From Calditrichaceae bacterium (lineage in GTDB: Bacteria; Calditrichota; Calditrichia; Calditrichales; JBFXGD01), in assembly GCA_050173015.1 (NCBI GenBank), contig JBFXLE010000018.1, positions 1-64,000 of the forward strand: a DNA stretch of 64,000 nucleotides. Direction: 5' to 3'. Of the stretch, positions 10,385 to 21,100 are shown piece after piece. Below the pieces are notes generated by a model. It ran no database searches, was not told the origin of the DNA, and saw only the letters and a program-made list of their open reading frames with translations. Positions within the stretch are counted from its first letter, which is position 1. Each line of letters opens with the position of its first letter. The position numbers and the translations under genes were made by a program.

Positions 10385-10957
10385 TTAATCTGAGAGAAAC
10401 ATCGTCGCCCCGATAAATAATCCTGCGCCATGAATTTTTAGAATATCCCTGCCCGTATCGATTTCACCATATTGAAAAAAACATTCCGCAAACAGATTGT
10501 ACGATTGCATAACCTGATATTCCATACCAAAAAACACAATGGGCAGCAGCGCCTCATCATTATAATCAACATAGCGGGTGACAGCGGCAGCCGTCATCAG
10601 ATCTACGCTCAGACCGGCATAAAGCGGGAATCTGTTTAAACCAAGGTAGGAAATGATTAATCCAGCGGAAAAATTAGTAAACTCAAAGTTTGTAGCACCT
10701 GAGTTTGGTAAATCTATATTATTAAAAAAAAATTTAACCATATACCGGGCATGAATACTGTAATTTGATGCCGGCCTGTATAAATCATGCCGGAACAAAA
10801 AACCATATCCGGGCCCTGTGCTGAAACGGCTATCGAAATTCTCCGATTTACTAAAACCGGGAAATTGCGCCCCGCCCGAAGCACCAATTCCTACCTGCGC
10901 GTAAATCATGCTTAAGTTTATAAAAATCAGGTAACTTGTGAATCTGATTATCCGCAT
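10385..10957 (-). CDS. Exported protein, probable small outer-membrane beta-barrel
   Basis: Signal-peptide-like N-terminus (…SMIYA/Q); alternating aromatic/glycine-rich beta-strand pattern. Confidence 0.55.
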   Translation of the reverse strand: MRIIRFTSYLIFINLSMIYAQVGIGASGGAQFPGFSKSENFDSRFSTGPGYGFLFRHDLYRPASNYSIHARYMVKFFFNNIDLPNSGATNFEFTNFSAGLIISYLGLNRFPLYAGLSVDLMTAAAVTRYVDYNDEALLPIVFFGMEYQVMQSYNLFAECFFQYGEIDTGRDILKIHGAGLFIGATMFLSD

Positions 10958-11122
10958 ACATTTCCACTGACTAAATCATAAATTTAAAAGGTAAGCACTG
11001 TAAAAGCAAATCATAAATCGGACAGGAAATATCTGATTTTTTGTGGAACGAATGCGAATTTGCGGTAAATTTTTTCTGTTTAGGATTCAGCGTAAAAAAG
11101 AATAGCCGTTATACTAAAATAA

Positions 11123-11158
11123 ACGCAAAAAGACAGACAAATTTCTGTCTTTTTGTGT
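11123..11158. terminator. Intrinsic terminator downstream of the epimerase gene
   Basis: CAAAAAGACAGA-CAAATT-TCTGTCTTTTTG inverted repeat. Confidence 0.75.
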
Positions 11159-11168
11159 ATTAAAGTTG

Positions 11169-11654
11169 TTAATCAAGTTCATATGGAGAATTCTTTTCAT
11201 CTTCATGGCGTATTTCATCGACAGGCTCCTGTTTATTCTCCCCCGCGAAAAGCCTGTTTGGAGCATTGAATACGGTACCCGGAACTTTTCCAATATTTTT
11301 ATACGCGTGGACCACCCCCGGCGGCACAATCACCGAGCCGGGTGACTCTTCACCTAAAACCAGAATTGTTTTGTTCTGATAGGTTTTTGAGTCCTTGCGG
11401 CTATCCCATAAATATATCTTAAAATTCGAAGGTCCCACGAACATAAAATAATCTGTCTGATCGACATGTTCATGCGGCCCCCTTGCTATTCCCGGCAAGG
11501 TCTGGGAAATATAACTCATTACAGGCCACGCGGGTTTTTCTATTTCATCATGGCGGAACAATTCTATGAGCCAGCCCCTGTCATCTTTATACTTTTTAAG
11601 GTCTTTTATAATTACACCATCTATATTTCCTTCTTTGAACATCTGAATCTCCAT
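11169..11654 (-). CDS. dTDP-4-dehydrorhamnose 3,5-epimerase family cupin
   Basis: DDRGWLIELFR, RGPHEH, DSRKDSKTY, VPPGVVHAY. Confidence 0.85.
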   Translation of the reverse strand: MEIQMFKEGNIDGVIIKDLKKYKDDRGWLIELFRHDEIEKPAWPVMSYISQTLPGIARGPHEHVDQTDYFMFVGPSNFKIYLWDSRKDSKTYQNKTILVLGEESPGSVIVPPGVVHAYKNIGKVPGTVFNAPNRLFAGENKQEPVDEIRHEDEKNSPYELD

Positions 11655-11713
11655 GAATTTTAAGATTGTTTTATCTAAGTTACCGGAATATTATGTTCAT
11701 TTAATGCTATTGT

Positions 11714-12259
11714 CTATTCCGAAATAGACTCATAACATTTTTCAACCAGGCTGAACAAGGGAAAATTTATCGTCATCGAATAAAATCCGACAATACTAAA
11801 AACGAGAAAACTCCCAAACTGCAGGGCCAAAATATAATCTATAAATCCGATTATTACGATTAGATTCGCCAAAGACCATACTACCATGAAATATCTCCGC
11901 ATAATAATTAATGTCTTGGCCATCAGATCTCCCTCCTTGCCAAACTCCTGAACAAAATCAGTAACATCACCCGGTTCAATGTTCAGCTCGTGGCTCTTCG
12001 CGCGTAAAACCAATTTTTCTGGTAACAAATAAGTTCTTTTTAAATAGAGAATTAAAAAGGCCAGCAAAACCGCAATTATAAGCAGGATTTGATCAATCAT
12101 GCTTTCAGATCCGGGCGAAACAGGTTCGGAAACAATATTAAAAAATTTTAAAACCAGGGTTATGAGTACGATACCGACCATTCCTGAAAATATTGATGCC
12201 CACAACAATCTGTTAATCCTGTGAATACGTCTTAATTTAGCCCTAAAATGAACATCCAT
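11714..12259 (-). CDS. Hypothetical 4-TM membrane protein
   Basis: Four hydrophobic segments; fills the gap between co-oriented genes; no family recognised. Confidence 0.7.
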   Translation of the reverse strand: MDVHFRAKLRRIHRINRLLWASIFSGMVGIVLITLVLKFFNIVSEPVSPGSESMIDQILLIIAVLLAFLILYLKRTYLLPEKLVLRAKSHELNIEPGDVTDFVQEFGKEGDLMAKTLIIMRRYFMVVWSLANLIVIIGFIDYILALQFGSFLVFSIVGFYSMTINFPLFSLVEKCYESISE

Positions 12260-12301
12260 CTTTGTTTTCCCATCCTTCTTAGATTAAACTGAAGATGACC
12301 G

Positions 12302-13711
12302 TTAATCTATATATATATTTTCCCTTATCTCGGGAATTCTGTCTTTTTTTTCCAATACATCCTGTCCGTCCAAGGCAAAAAACGGACTAATTTCCATATT
12401 TGTGATATTCTCCGGCACTTTGATTCCCGCATGCGAGAGCCAGGCTTTGTAGATTCTCAGTAAATCATCCCGGACACTTTCAGGACTGTCTTTCCCCTCT
12501 TTATTTTTTAAAGCGCTGAACTCCATATCGCGTTCTGCTTCAATAGTGATCGGGTTTTTACTATCCGCCAGCGCGTCAAATACAAACGTCTCAAATTTAT
12601 ATCCGTTCTTTTCTTCCGGCAGGACACGCCTGCCATTATCGTCGAGATAGGGGATACTTTTTTCGGCGATATGATACGGAAGCCTGAATCCTTTATTGTT
12701 CTCTCTTTCTATGAAATTCACATTTATTACATGAGAAGCGATTGATCCCGCCCAGAATTTCAACGAACCGTCCGGATTCAAGGCATACATTTCTTCATTT
12801 GTCATATCACTGTATTCCAGAACCCCCATTTTGCCTTCCATTGAACAAATTACACCCATTTTCTCTTCCGGATATGCTTTACGAACAACTTTACTGGACA
12901 TTTCCGAGTGACCTTCTATATGATATCCAATAAATACCGGATCGCAAATATTGGTAAGCACATTATCGATTTGAAAATAAAAGATATATTCTATACCCCT
13001 CTTTTGCATGTCATTAATTGCCCCGCTTTCCCATAATGCTTTTATGGAGCCCCCATGACCATTCGGACTCACAAAAATATGTGAAACTGAATCCAGTATG
13101 AGTTTGCCGTTTTTATCAAGAGCCGGCATCATCCCCTGTTTAAAAAACATGATATTTTCACATGAATACCCAAAATATTTGTTCTTCTTAAAGAATGTCC
13201 TGGTGGATTCGTCATTCGTTTCGCTCGTCATAATATACCAGGGTATCTCAACACCATACTTTTTTCCAGTCGCGAGTAATTTTTCTGAGTGAACCTGGAA
13301 AAGTGATTTCTTCTTAACGGGAGAAATAGGATAAATCCCTTTCGGACCGTTAAATCCCAATCTTGATCCCTGACCTCCGGCCACTAAAAAAGCAGCCACT
13401 TTGCCATCCTTTAGAGCATCTTCACCTATCTGAACCATACCGGAATCATGTATTTTTCTTTTATCGAGAGTCATTATATTGGCCGGTTCCGGAATCACGT
13501 GTTTCTTTACAGAATTTTGTGATTTGGCCATTTGATATAGTTCTTCAAGATGCTCAAAATCAATGGATCTGATCTGCGAAATGAGTCGATCTTTTTCCGG
13601 GAGATTCAACTGATTCCAGTATTTTAAGATATGCTGTTGACCAAATTTTGTTAAAAATACAATGAGTTCATCTTTGGAGCTATGCATGATAACCTTTACG
13701 TTTTTGCACAT
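12302..13711 (-). CDS. UDPGP type 1 family nucleotidyltransferase (UDP-GlcNAc pyrophosphorylase, UAP1-like)
   Basis: VAGGQGSRLGFNGPKG, PWYIMTS, SPNGHGG, QIDN, EKMGV, YKFETFVFD, EFSALKN. Confidence 0.9.
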   Translation of the reverse strand: MCKNVKVIMHSSKDELIVFLTKFGQQHILKYWNQLNLPEKDRLISQIRSIDFEHLEELYQMAKSQNSVKKHVIPEPANIMTLDKRKIHDSGMVQIGEDALKDGKVAAFLVAGGQGSRLGFNGPKGIYPISPVKKKSLFQVHSEKLLATGKKYGVEIPWYIMTSETNDESTRTFFKKNKYFGYSCENIMFFKQGMMPALDKNGKLILDSVSHIFVSPNGHGGSIKALWESGAINDMQKRGIEYIFYFQIDNVLTNICDPVFIGYHIEGHSEMSSKVVRKAYPEEKMGVICSMEGKMGVLEYSDMTNEEMYALNPDGSLKFWAGSIASHVINVNFIERENNKGFRLPYHIAEKSIPYLDDNGRRVLPEEKNGYKFETFVFDALADSKNPITIEAERDMEFSALKNKEGKDSPESVRDDLLRIYKAWLSHAGIKVPENITNMEISPFFALDGQDVLEKKDRIPEIRENIYID

Positions 13712-13829
13712 ACCACAGGCTGATAAAATATAAAAAACTAAATGATTTGAAGCTAATTTTTAGCAAATAAACACCCGTATCGACAAGCCGAAGTTTATTA
13801 AGGTCCGGCGATAGATACAGAATATCATA

Positions 13830-15146
13830 TTAGTAAAGACAAAAAATCAAATCCATCACATTTGTGCGGGTGGGACCGGTTATCACCAACTGATTCAGCT
13901 TCCTGAACAAATGATAAGAATCATTGTTTTTAAGATATATTACGGGATCAAGATTATTTTTCACTACCTTGCCATATGTATCCTGATCTATCCACGCGCC
14001 AGCCGCTTCCGTCGGGCCATCAGATCCATCCGTTCCAATGCTGCAAAAATAAAAAGGTTCTTTGATATCTTTCAGTTCCAGTAAAACTGCCAGCGCCATT
14101 TCCTGATTTCGGCCTCCGAGTCCCTTCCCTTGAATGGTTACAGTCGGCTCGCCCCCGAGAATCAGGCAGGCCGGGGAGTCATCCGGAATTCCCGATTTTA
14201 TCCCACTTTTAATCATCCCTCCAATCAGCCGGGCAATTTCTTTTACTTCACCTTCCATACGATCTGTCAAAACCAGGGGCTTATAACCGTTTGACAGGGC
14301 TATATCCCGGGCTTTTTCAACTGCAAGCCGGTTATTACCGATGATGACATTCTGCACCTTTTTAAAAATCGGATTCATCATATCCGGAGTATCCGCGATT
14401 TTGCCGGATTTACCGTCCGACAAATATTTAATAACCGATTTTCCTATTTTTTTTTGAATCTGATATTTTTGAATTATTTCCAGCGCCTGTTGATAGGTAG
14501 TCGGATCGGGAGCCGTAGGTCCTGAAGCGATACTCTCAATCGGGTCACCGATCACATCCGACAATATTAGAGTGATAGTCTGAGCCGGAGCGATGGCGTA
14601 GGCCAGCCTACCGCCCTTGACCAGCGAAAGGTGCTTCCGGACAGTATTTATTTCATTTATGGAAGCCCCGCAGGAAAGCAAAACACGGTTCAAATTTGTC
14701 AGATCGGAGAGGGAAATTTCATCAGGGAGACATTCAAGCAGAGCGGAACCGCCACCGGTTAAAAGCACTATCACCAAATCTTCGGGACCGGTTTTTTTGA
14801 CGAGTTCAAGAATATGTTTTGTCGCGTCGAGTCCGTTTTGATCAGGTACGGGATGTCCCGCCTCAAATAATTTTATTTTTTTAAGATCCTGACCGTGTCC
14901 GTATTTTACAATAATCGCGCCTGCGGTGATCCGTTCCCCAAGTAATCCTTCCACCGCGGAAGCCATCGGCGCTGTACCCTTCCCTGTTCCGATAAGATAA
15001 ATATCATCATATAGCGACAAATCAATCAGATGTTTTTTTTGAATGACAAGTTTCTCTCCATCCAATTGCATTTGACTATTAACAAGTTCGAAAGGATCAA
15101 CAGCCTTCAGGGATGAATCAATGATTTTACGCGCGATTGATTTCAT
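13830..15146 (-). CDS. Glycerate 2-kinase (MOFRL/DUF4147 family)
   Basis: AGHPVPD, LTGGGSAL, VRKHLSLVKGGRLA, SDVIGDPIESIASGPT, GGRNQE, GTDGSDGPT, TGPTRTNVMD. Confidence 0.92.
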   Translation of the reverse strand: MKSIARKIIDSSLKAVDPFELVNSQMQLDGEKLVIQKKHLIDLSLYDDIYLIGTGKGTAPMASAVEGLLGERITAGAIIVKYGHGQDLKKIKLFEAGHPVPDQNGLDATKHILELVKKTGPEDLVIVLLTGGGSALLECLPDEISLSDLTNLNRVLLSCGASINEINTVRKHLSLVKGGRLAYAIAPAQTITLILSDVIGDPIESIASGPTAPDPTTYQQALEIIQKYQIQKKIGKSVIKYLSDGKSGKIADTPDMMNPIFKKVQNVIIGNNRLAVEKARDIALSNGYKPLVLTDRMEGEVKEIARLIGGMIKSGIKSGIPDDSPACLILGGEPTVTIQGKGLGGRNQEMALAVLLELKDIKEPFYFCSIGTDGSDGPTEAAGAWIDQDTYGKVVKNNLDPVIYLKNNDSYHLFRKLNQLVITGPTRTNVMDLIFCLY

Positions 15147-15158
15147 GAGACTTAAGAC

Positions 15159-15554
15159 TTATTTGGACTTTCTGGTTTTCGATGACGCCAGGCGGCGGCT
15201 TTTAACCCGCTTCTTTTTCAATAAATCACTATTATTTTCGATATTTCGTTTTTTCCTGACAGTGACTTTTTCTGATTTTTCATCTTCAGGAAGAGGACGA
15301 TGAATCAAAAATGTGCGCCCCAGAACCTGAACAACTTCCGTTTCTGGAATTTCTTTTAGAAAAACCGCGATTTCTTCCTTCTCCTGAGGACATGTATCAA
15401 GTAACTTTACTTTGAGCAAATCATGGGTACGGAATGCCGCGTTTATATGATTAATTGTACCGCCCGTAAGCCCTTCTTTTCCGACGGTTATGACAGCTTT
15501 TAAACGATTTCCCCGAGCGCGCAAGGCTCTTTTTTCTTTTCCGGTCAATTTCAT
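15159..15554 (-). CDS. yhbY: YhbY/CRM-domain RNA-binding protein with basic C-terminal tail
   Basis: LTGKEKRALRA, VGKEG, HDLLKVK, VQVLGRT. Confidence 0.88.
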   Translation of the reverse strand: MKLTGKEKRALRARGNRLKAVITVGKEGLTGGTINHINAAFRTHDLLKVKLLDTCPQEKEEIAVFLKEIPETEVVQVLGRTFLIHRPLPEDEKSEKVTVRKKRNIENNSDLLKKKRVKSRRLASSKTRKSK

Positions 15555-15760
15555 CTCCTTGTTTTTGTTAGTTTACTTCAGATTCGCCATAATTTCAAGC
15601 CAATTTGACAGGATTTCTTTTTGTGCTTGTCTTTAATTTTTAATCACATAAATTAATGTAGGATGAGAATTTTATACTAAATATTTTTATAACACTGTTT
15701 CACAGTAAAATGTCCTGAACGGACATAATATCATCTAATCATAAGAGAAACATTCAATTT

Positions 15761-16624
15761 ATGTCTATCTTTTACAGATTATTCATCGGAATTTTTATCA
15801 TCTCCTGGGGATCCATACTCGTTCGATGGGTTGGCGATGTTTCTCCTGTACTCATCGCATTCTACCGCCTGTTTTTCAGCATTATTATCCTTATTCCGGT
15901 ATTATTAATCCGCAAAGAAGCAATTAAAATTGAATCAAAAAAATCACGTTTTTATTTTGTCGCGGCAGGATTGTTGCTCGCCGGTCACTTTTACACCTGG
16001 ATATATTCGCTGCAGCTGACCACCGTCGCTAATTCGATTTTTCTGGAAAGCACACACCCGATATTCGGGTGGATATTATCGGTCATTTTTTTAAAGGAAA
16101 AAGGTACGCGCCTGATTGCAGTGGGTATGATTTCCGGCCTGATCGGTATGTATCTGATTATTTTAGGTGACATCAGTCAATCATCCGGCGCGATTTTGGG
16201 CGATTTAATGGCAGTATTATCCGCTTTCTGTCTTGCGGCTTATTTGTTAATCGCGCGAATGATGACGTCTAAAACCTTGCTGATTCCATATCTGTTGTGG
16301 GTTTACGGAACGGCCGCGTTCTTTTTATTGCTGACAGGAATTATTACCGATCTTAATTTTGCCGGATTTGGGTGGGAAAGCTGGCTGTTTTTGCTGCTTC
16401 TCGCCTTGGGTCCGAATCTGATCGGACATTCACTGCTTAACTGGGCGTCAAGAAAGATCGAAATATTTAAAATAAACATCGCGCTGCTCGCGGAGCCGGT
16501 TCTGGCAACAATTTACGCGGTATTTTTTTTCAAAGAATATCCTGATCTCATTTTTTTTATCGGGGCGCTGTTCATACTTAGCAGTATACTTACTATATTT
16601 TCCTATGAACGGAAAACACTCTGA
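15761..16624 (+). CDS. DMT/EamA family transporter
   Basis: 10 TM segments in two EamA repeats; IAFYRL, LLAGHFYTWIYSL, GHSLLNWA, LAEPV. Confidence 0.9.
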   Translation: MSIFYRLFIGIFIISWGSILVRWVGDVSPVLIAFYRLFFSIIILIPVLLIRKEAIKIESKKSRFYFVAAGLLLAGHFYTWIYSLQLTTVANSIFLESTHPIFGWILSVIFLKEKGTRLIAVGMISGLIGMYLIILGDISQSSGAILGDLMAVLSAFCLAAYLLIARMMTSKTLLIPYLLWVYGTAAFFLLLTGIITDLNFAGFGWESWLFLLLLALGPNLIGHSLLNWASRKIEIFKINIALLAEPVLATIYAVFFFKEYPDLIFFIGALFILSSILTIFSYERKTL

Positions 16625-17379
16625 CTAAGTCCGGGACCTGATTGTATGGGCCCGTCTGGACTGCCCTTTACAAATTGTCTGACTGCCGGTTCACCCGTAG
16701 TCTGAAGTTCACTAACACTTCCGTTGAACATAATGATCCCGTCATGCAGCATCACGACACGATCAGCCACTTTAGTGACACTCTGCATATCATGTGTGAC
16801 GACAATTGAGGTTACGTTCAATTTTTCACTCAATTCGATTATCAACTTATCAATATTTGCGGCCATAATCGGATCCAGCCCGGTCGTGGGTTCATCGTAT
16901 AAAATATATTTTGGTTCCATAATGATTGCTCTGGCCAGCCCTACTCTTTTTTTCATCCCACCCGATAATTCTGCAGGCTTAAGATTTTCGATGCCCGGCA
17001 AACCGACAAGATCAAGTTTTTCCGCGACTTTTACGCGCATTTCATTTGGCGACATTTTGGTATGCTCGACCAGAGGCAGGCGAATGTTCTCGGCAACGGT
17101 CATGGAGTCAAATAAAGCGGCTCCCTGAAAAAGGAATCCAAATTGTTTCCGTAGCGTGAATAAATCTGTCTGTCCTACTTTTTTTATCGCGATATCATCC
17201 ACCAATATGTACCCGTTATCCGGTTGCAATAAATTGAGTATCAACTTTAAGAGAACACTTTTACCGCATCCGCTTTGTCCGATAATTACGAGTTTTTCGC
17301 CGTCAAGGATATCAAGATTCACACCCCGAAGGACAGATTTTTCTTCAAAACTTTTTACTATATCTCTTATTATTATCAT
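16603..17379 (-). CDS. mlaF: MlaF/Mkl-type ABC transporter ATP-binding protein
   Basis: GQSGCGKS Walker A, FQGAALFDSMTV, ELSGGMKKRVGLARA, YDEPTTGLDP; follows mlaE. Confidence 0.9.
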   Translation of the reverse strand: MIIIRDIVKSFEEKSVLRGVNLDILDGEKLVIIGQSGCGKSVLLKLILNLLQPDNGYILVDDIAIKKVGQTDLFTLRKQFGFLFQGAALFDSMTVAENIRLPLVEHTKMSPNEMRVKVAEKLDLVGLPGIENLKPAELSGGMKKRVGLARAIIMEPKYILYDEPTTGLDPIMAANIDKLIIELSEKLNVTSIVVTHDMQSVTKVADRVVMLHDGIIMFNGSVSELQTTGEPAVRQFVKGSPDGPIQSGPGLSQSVFRS

Positions 17380-17383
17380 TTTA

Positions 17384-18154
17384 TCAGAACAAAATTACTG
17401 AAAGGATATAATCATTTAATAAAATTAAAGCAGATGACAACACAAAAGCCCGTATCGTAGCCTTTCCCACGCCTTCAGCGCCACCTATCGTGTTAAATCC
17501 GACGTAACACCCGATGATGGCGGTAATTCCTCCGAAAAAGAAGGCTTTAATCAAACCGGACATCACGTTAAGTATAGAAAAAAATTCTTTTACACTGCCA
17601 AAAAATATTTCCGGTGGAAGATCCAGATTGATATAAGCGACAGCATATGCTCCCAAGACTCCCACAAAATCGGCAATGATGGTCAGTATCGGAATCATAA
17701 TAAATCCGCTAAAAATACGGGGCATAGCCAGATAACGAATGGGATCAATGGCGAGTGCTTCCAGGGCATCAATCTGCTCGGTGACTTTCATCGTTCCGAT
17801 TTCAGCCGCGATGGACGCTCCCACTCTCCCCGCAATAACCAGGGCCGTAAGTACCGGACCTAATTCGATAAAAATCGCGACACTCGTCGCCGCGCCGAGG
17901 TAATTATAGGAAATATACCCCTTTAGCTGATATGCTGTCTGCACTGATGCCACTGCTCCCGCAAAGACACCGACGAAGATTACCAGCGGAATCGAATTAA
18001 CTCCAATTTCGAGCATCTGATCAAATACAAGCCGACGGTTAGACCAAAGACGGGAAAAATAGCCGGCTGTTTTGAATACTAAAATAAAAACAGCGCCTGT
18101 CTGTTGCAGAAAAAATATTGCCCGCCTGCCAAGAACACTAATTGCTTGAACCAT
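17384..18154 (-). CDS. mlaE: MlaE family ABC permease
   Basis: ELGPVLTALVIAGRVGASIAAEIGTMKVTEQIDAL, GGAEGVGKAT. Confidence 0.93.
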   Translation of the reverse strand: MVQAISVLGRRAIFFLQQTGAVFILVFKTAGYFSRLWSNRRLVFDQMLEIGVNSIPLVIFVGVFAGAVASVQTAYQLKGYISYNYLGAATSVAIFIELGPVLTALVIAGRVGASIAAEIGTMKVTEQIDALEALAIDPIRYLAMPRIFSGFIMIPILTIIADFVGVLGAYAVAYINLDLPPEIFFGSVKEFFSILNVMSGLIKAFFFGGITAIIGCYVGFNTIGGAEGVGKATIRAFVLSSALILLNDYILSVILF

Positions 18155-18156
18155 TT

Positions 18157-21100
18157 TTAGAAGTCGATACCCAGCGAAATATAATGTTTTGGTTTACTCG
18201 ATGACTGAAGATCCCATCTCCAGGCAAGATCGTATTTAAGTAATAATCCCAGGAAATATAAGCGCGCGCCGGTACCATATCCAACAACTAAATCTTTTGT
18301 CCGGTTACTACCGAATTCGTCTTTAGCCACCCCCTTGTAGGGCTCATCTGATGACCACGCGGATCCGACATCGGTGTAGAGCACTCCCATGATGTTTCCC
18401 AGACTGATGGGCGGAAAACCCAATTGCATGAACGGAATAAGGGGAAATCTGAATTCCGCGTTGGTGAGCGCAAAATTATTTCCAACTTTCTCATAAAAAT
18501 CAGCGCCTCTCAATGGCGTGACAAATTCTGAAAAATATACATCCCTGATAGAATTAATCCGGATACCATCCTTGTAATGCCTGTTAAGCCAGTTCGACAC
18601 GCCGCCGAGATAGAACTGTTGTGGATCCGAACCGCGGCTCGCGCCGGCATAAAACCTTAATGCGAAACTGTACCCGTTTGTTATCTTATGATATTTTCGC
18701 AGATCCGCTTTCACAGTTGTAAATTCAAGGCTTTCGTTTGAATATTTTGGGCTTGATGTTAAGCTGAGAGCCCCACGGAAGCCATCCTGCGGCCCCGTAT
18801 ACCACCATTCTGCGGTATCATATACTAACTGAATCCCCGGCAATATACTTTGGACGGTTTCTGTTGGTATATCATACTCAAGGTATTCCAGGCTTGCATT
18901 CAGGAAATACAATGAAAAATCTACTCTTGAGAATTTGTTAAACGGCCGTGATGCTATCGCGAAAAATCCGTAATTTCTGAATCTTTGCAGACCGTTTGTA
19001 GATGAATAATATGTATTGGAATAATGAAACAGGCTGGCGCCATAATCAATCCGTTTAGGAAGATACCAGTACTGGGCGTTTATATAACTGTTTCTCAGGT
19101 CAAAAACAAGATTTGTACCCAGAAAAATTTTGTGATTACCGAGAACATCGCTATAAGCAATAGATGTGTAGCCCTGAAATCCCCATAGCGTATTATATTG
19201 TGCCGCGCCGTTTACAATATCAGGGGAAAATTTAACTTTGTAATTTCTAACCTTGTAGTGACCGTCTTCAAGTTTATAATGGTCTTCATCAAGCGCAACA
19301 TCTTTAATTTCCGTGGTGGTCCGTCGTTCAAGATCAGCAAAAACATAATTACTATAGTCTATGGCGCGCGGTATTTTGACCACTCTCTCAGATGTATCCG
19401 CCTCAACTTTTTGATTGGGATTGATAGCCAGGATTTCGTTCAGATCCTGCTTTTCAAGTTTTTTATAAAATACTGTTTTATCTATACTTACTTCAGGTAA
19501 TTCAAACGGATTCCGGATGGTGAACAAATCCCAGCCACCTTCGGAAAAGGATGAGAAAGCAAGAGTATTGCCATCCTTGTCAGTCGTAAGCTGAAACGCT
19601 CCTGTTAACAAATTGGTGATGGGATAGCTTTCGTTTGTGGTTAAATCATGTCTGTACATATTGTAAATTCCGGACCGATCACTTACATAAAGCAGTTTTT
19701 GTCCGTCCGGAGAGAAAACCGGATCTGATTCCCGGTCATTAGTGTCGGTGATCCTGGTCAGACCGGATCCGTCCCGATTAACAATATAAATATCCGTATT
19801 TTCAAAATTATGGTGGGCTATGTTAAAGTTCTCCGGTATCAGATCTTTACTGATGTACTTATTTCTGTCTGAAACAAAAGCCAGCCTTTCTCCGTCTGCT
19901 GACCAGGTGGGATCACTGTCTGAAAAAACATCATTTGTAATATTTTCCAGTTTTTTTGATTTAATATTATATACATAAATATCGCTTGCCCCATCTATAT
20001 TGCCGATAAAAGCGATCTCATCCCCTTTAGGAGACCATGCCGCAGAAAAAATTCCGTCAAGCCCGAATTTAAACTGTTCAATCTTTTCGCTGGCTATGGT
20101 ATAAACATAGAGCGCGTCCTGGTCTCCGGCCTTAGCTGAAAAACTGATTTTATTGCCATCAGGTGACCAACTCATACCCGGGCTCAGCCAATGTAACTCT
20201 TCAAAATCAACGCTTGTTTGCCCCTTAATCAGCTTTTTTATAATTTTATTTTCCATTATATCCATAAGATAAATGGACTGCTTGCCATCCATATCTGAGA
20301 GAAAAACAATTTTATCTCCGTTTGGTGAAAGAGCGGGGCTTATGTTCAGATAGTTTCTTTTTTCCTTATGATCTGTGATGGCTCTGGCAATTTCTTTAGT
20401 TTCTTTTCTGTCAGCAATATCCGGCCAGTACTCCTTTCTCATCTCCTTTCGCCAGTTGTCAGAGAGCTCGTCAAGTTCAATCCCCAGCGCTGATTTGAAC
20501 GCGGCTTCAAATCTCAGGCTGCCCTTTATCTTTCCGATTATTTCACTGATTTTTTCATTCCCGTATTTCTCGGCAATATATCTGAACAGACTGTTTCCAC
20601 CCTGATAGGCAAGATAGTAATTTAGGTAGTTTATCGGTGGAAGGTAGCCGCTAATTGTCGCGTCTCTCAGAATCATGTCCGTCCTGGTATTCCATCTTAC
20701 AGAAAGATACTCCGCGAGCCCTTCTGAAAACCACAAAGGGACCGGCGCCACCTGCCCAGACACGAGTGACTGCACCGATCCGCCATATAACATATCATTC
20801 ATAACCGCGTGGACAAGTTCATGGTGGATGACATGCCTGAACTGCGAGAACGACCCTTCATAGGGGATGACGACACGATTTTTGTAAAGTTCTGTGACCC
20901 CCCCGATGCCTTCGGTAAGATATACATCAATAACGTTTGTTTGCTGAAAATCATTGTGGGATTTATAAACAATCAGAGAAACGCGTTTTGTCAGCTCATA
21001 ACGGAGATCATTTTTCAGGGATACATACGATGATTCCGCTATATTTGCTGTAAATACAGCTATATCATATCCGCCGGAATAGAAATAAACATCAAAATGC

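Noticed and set aside
11114-11329. 71-aa minus-strand ORF overlapping the epimerase 3' end
   Set aside because: Alternative frame running through the terminator; no features
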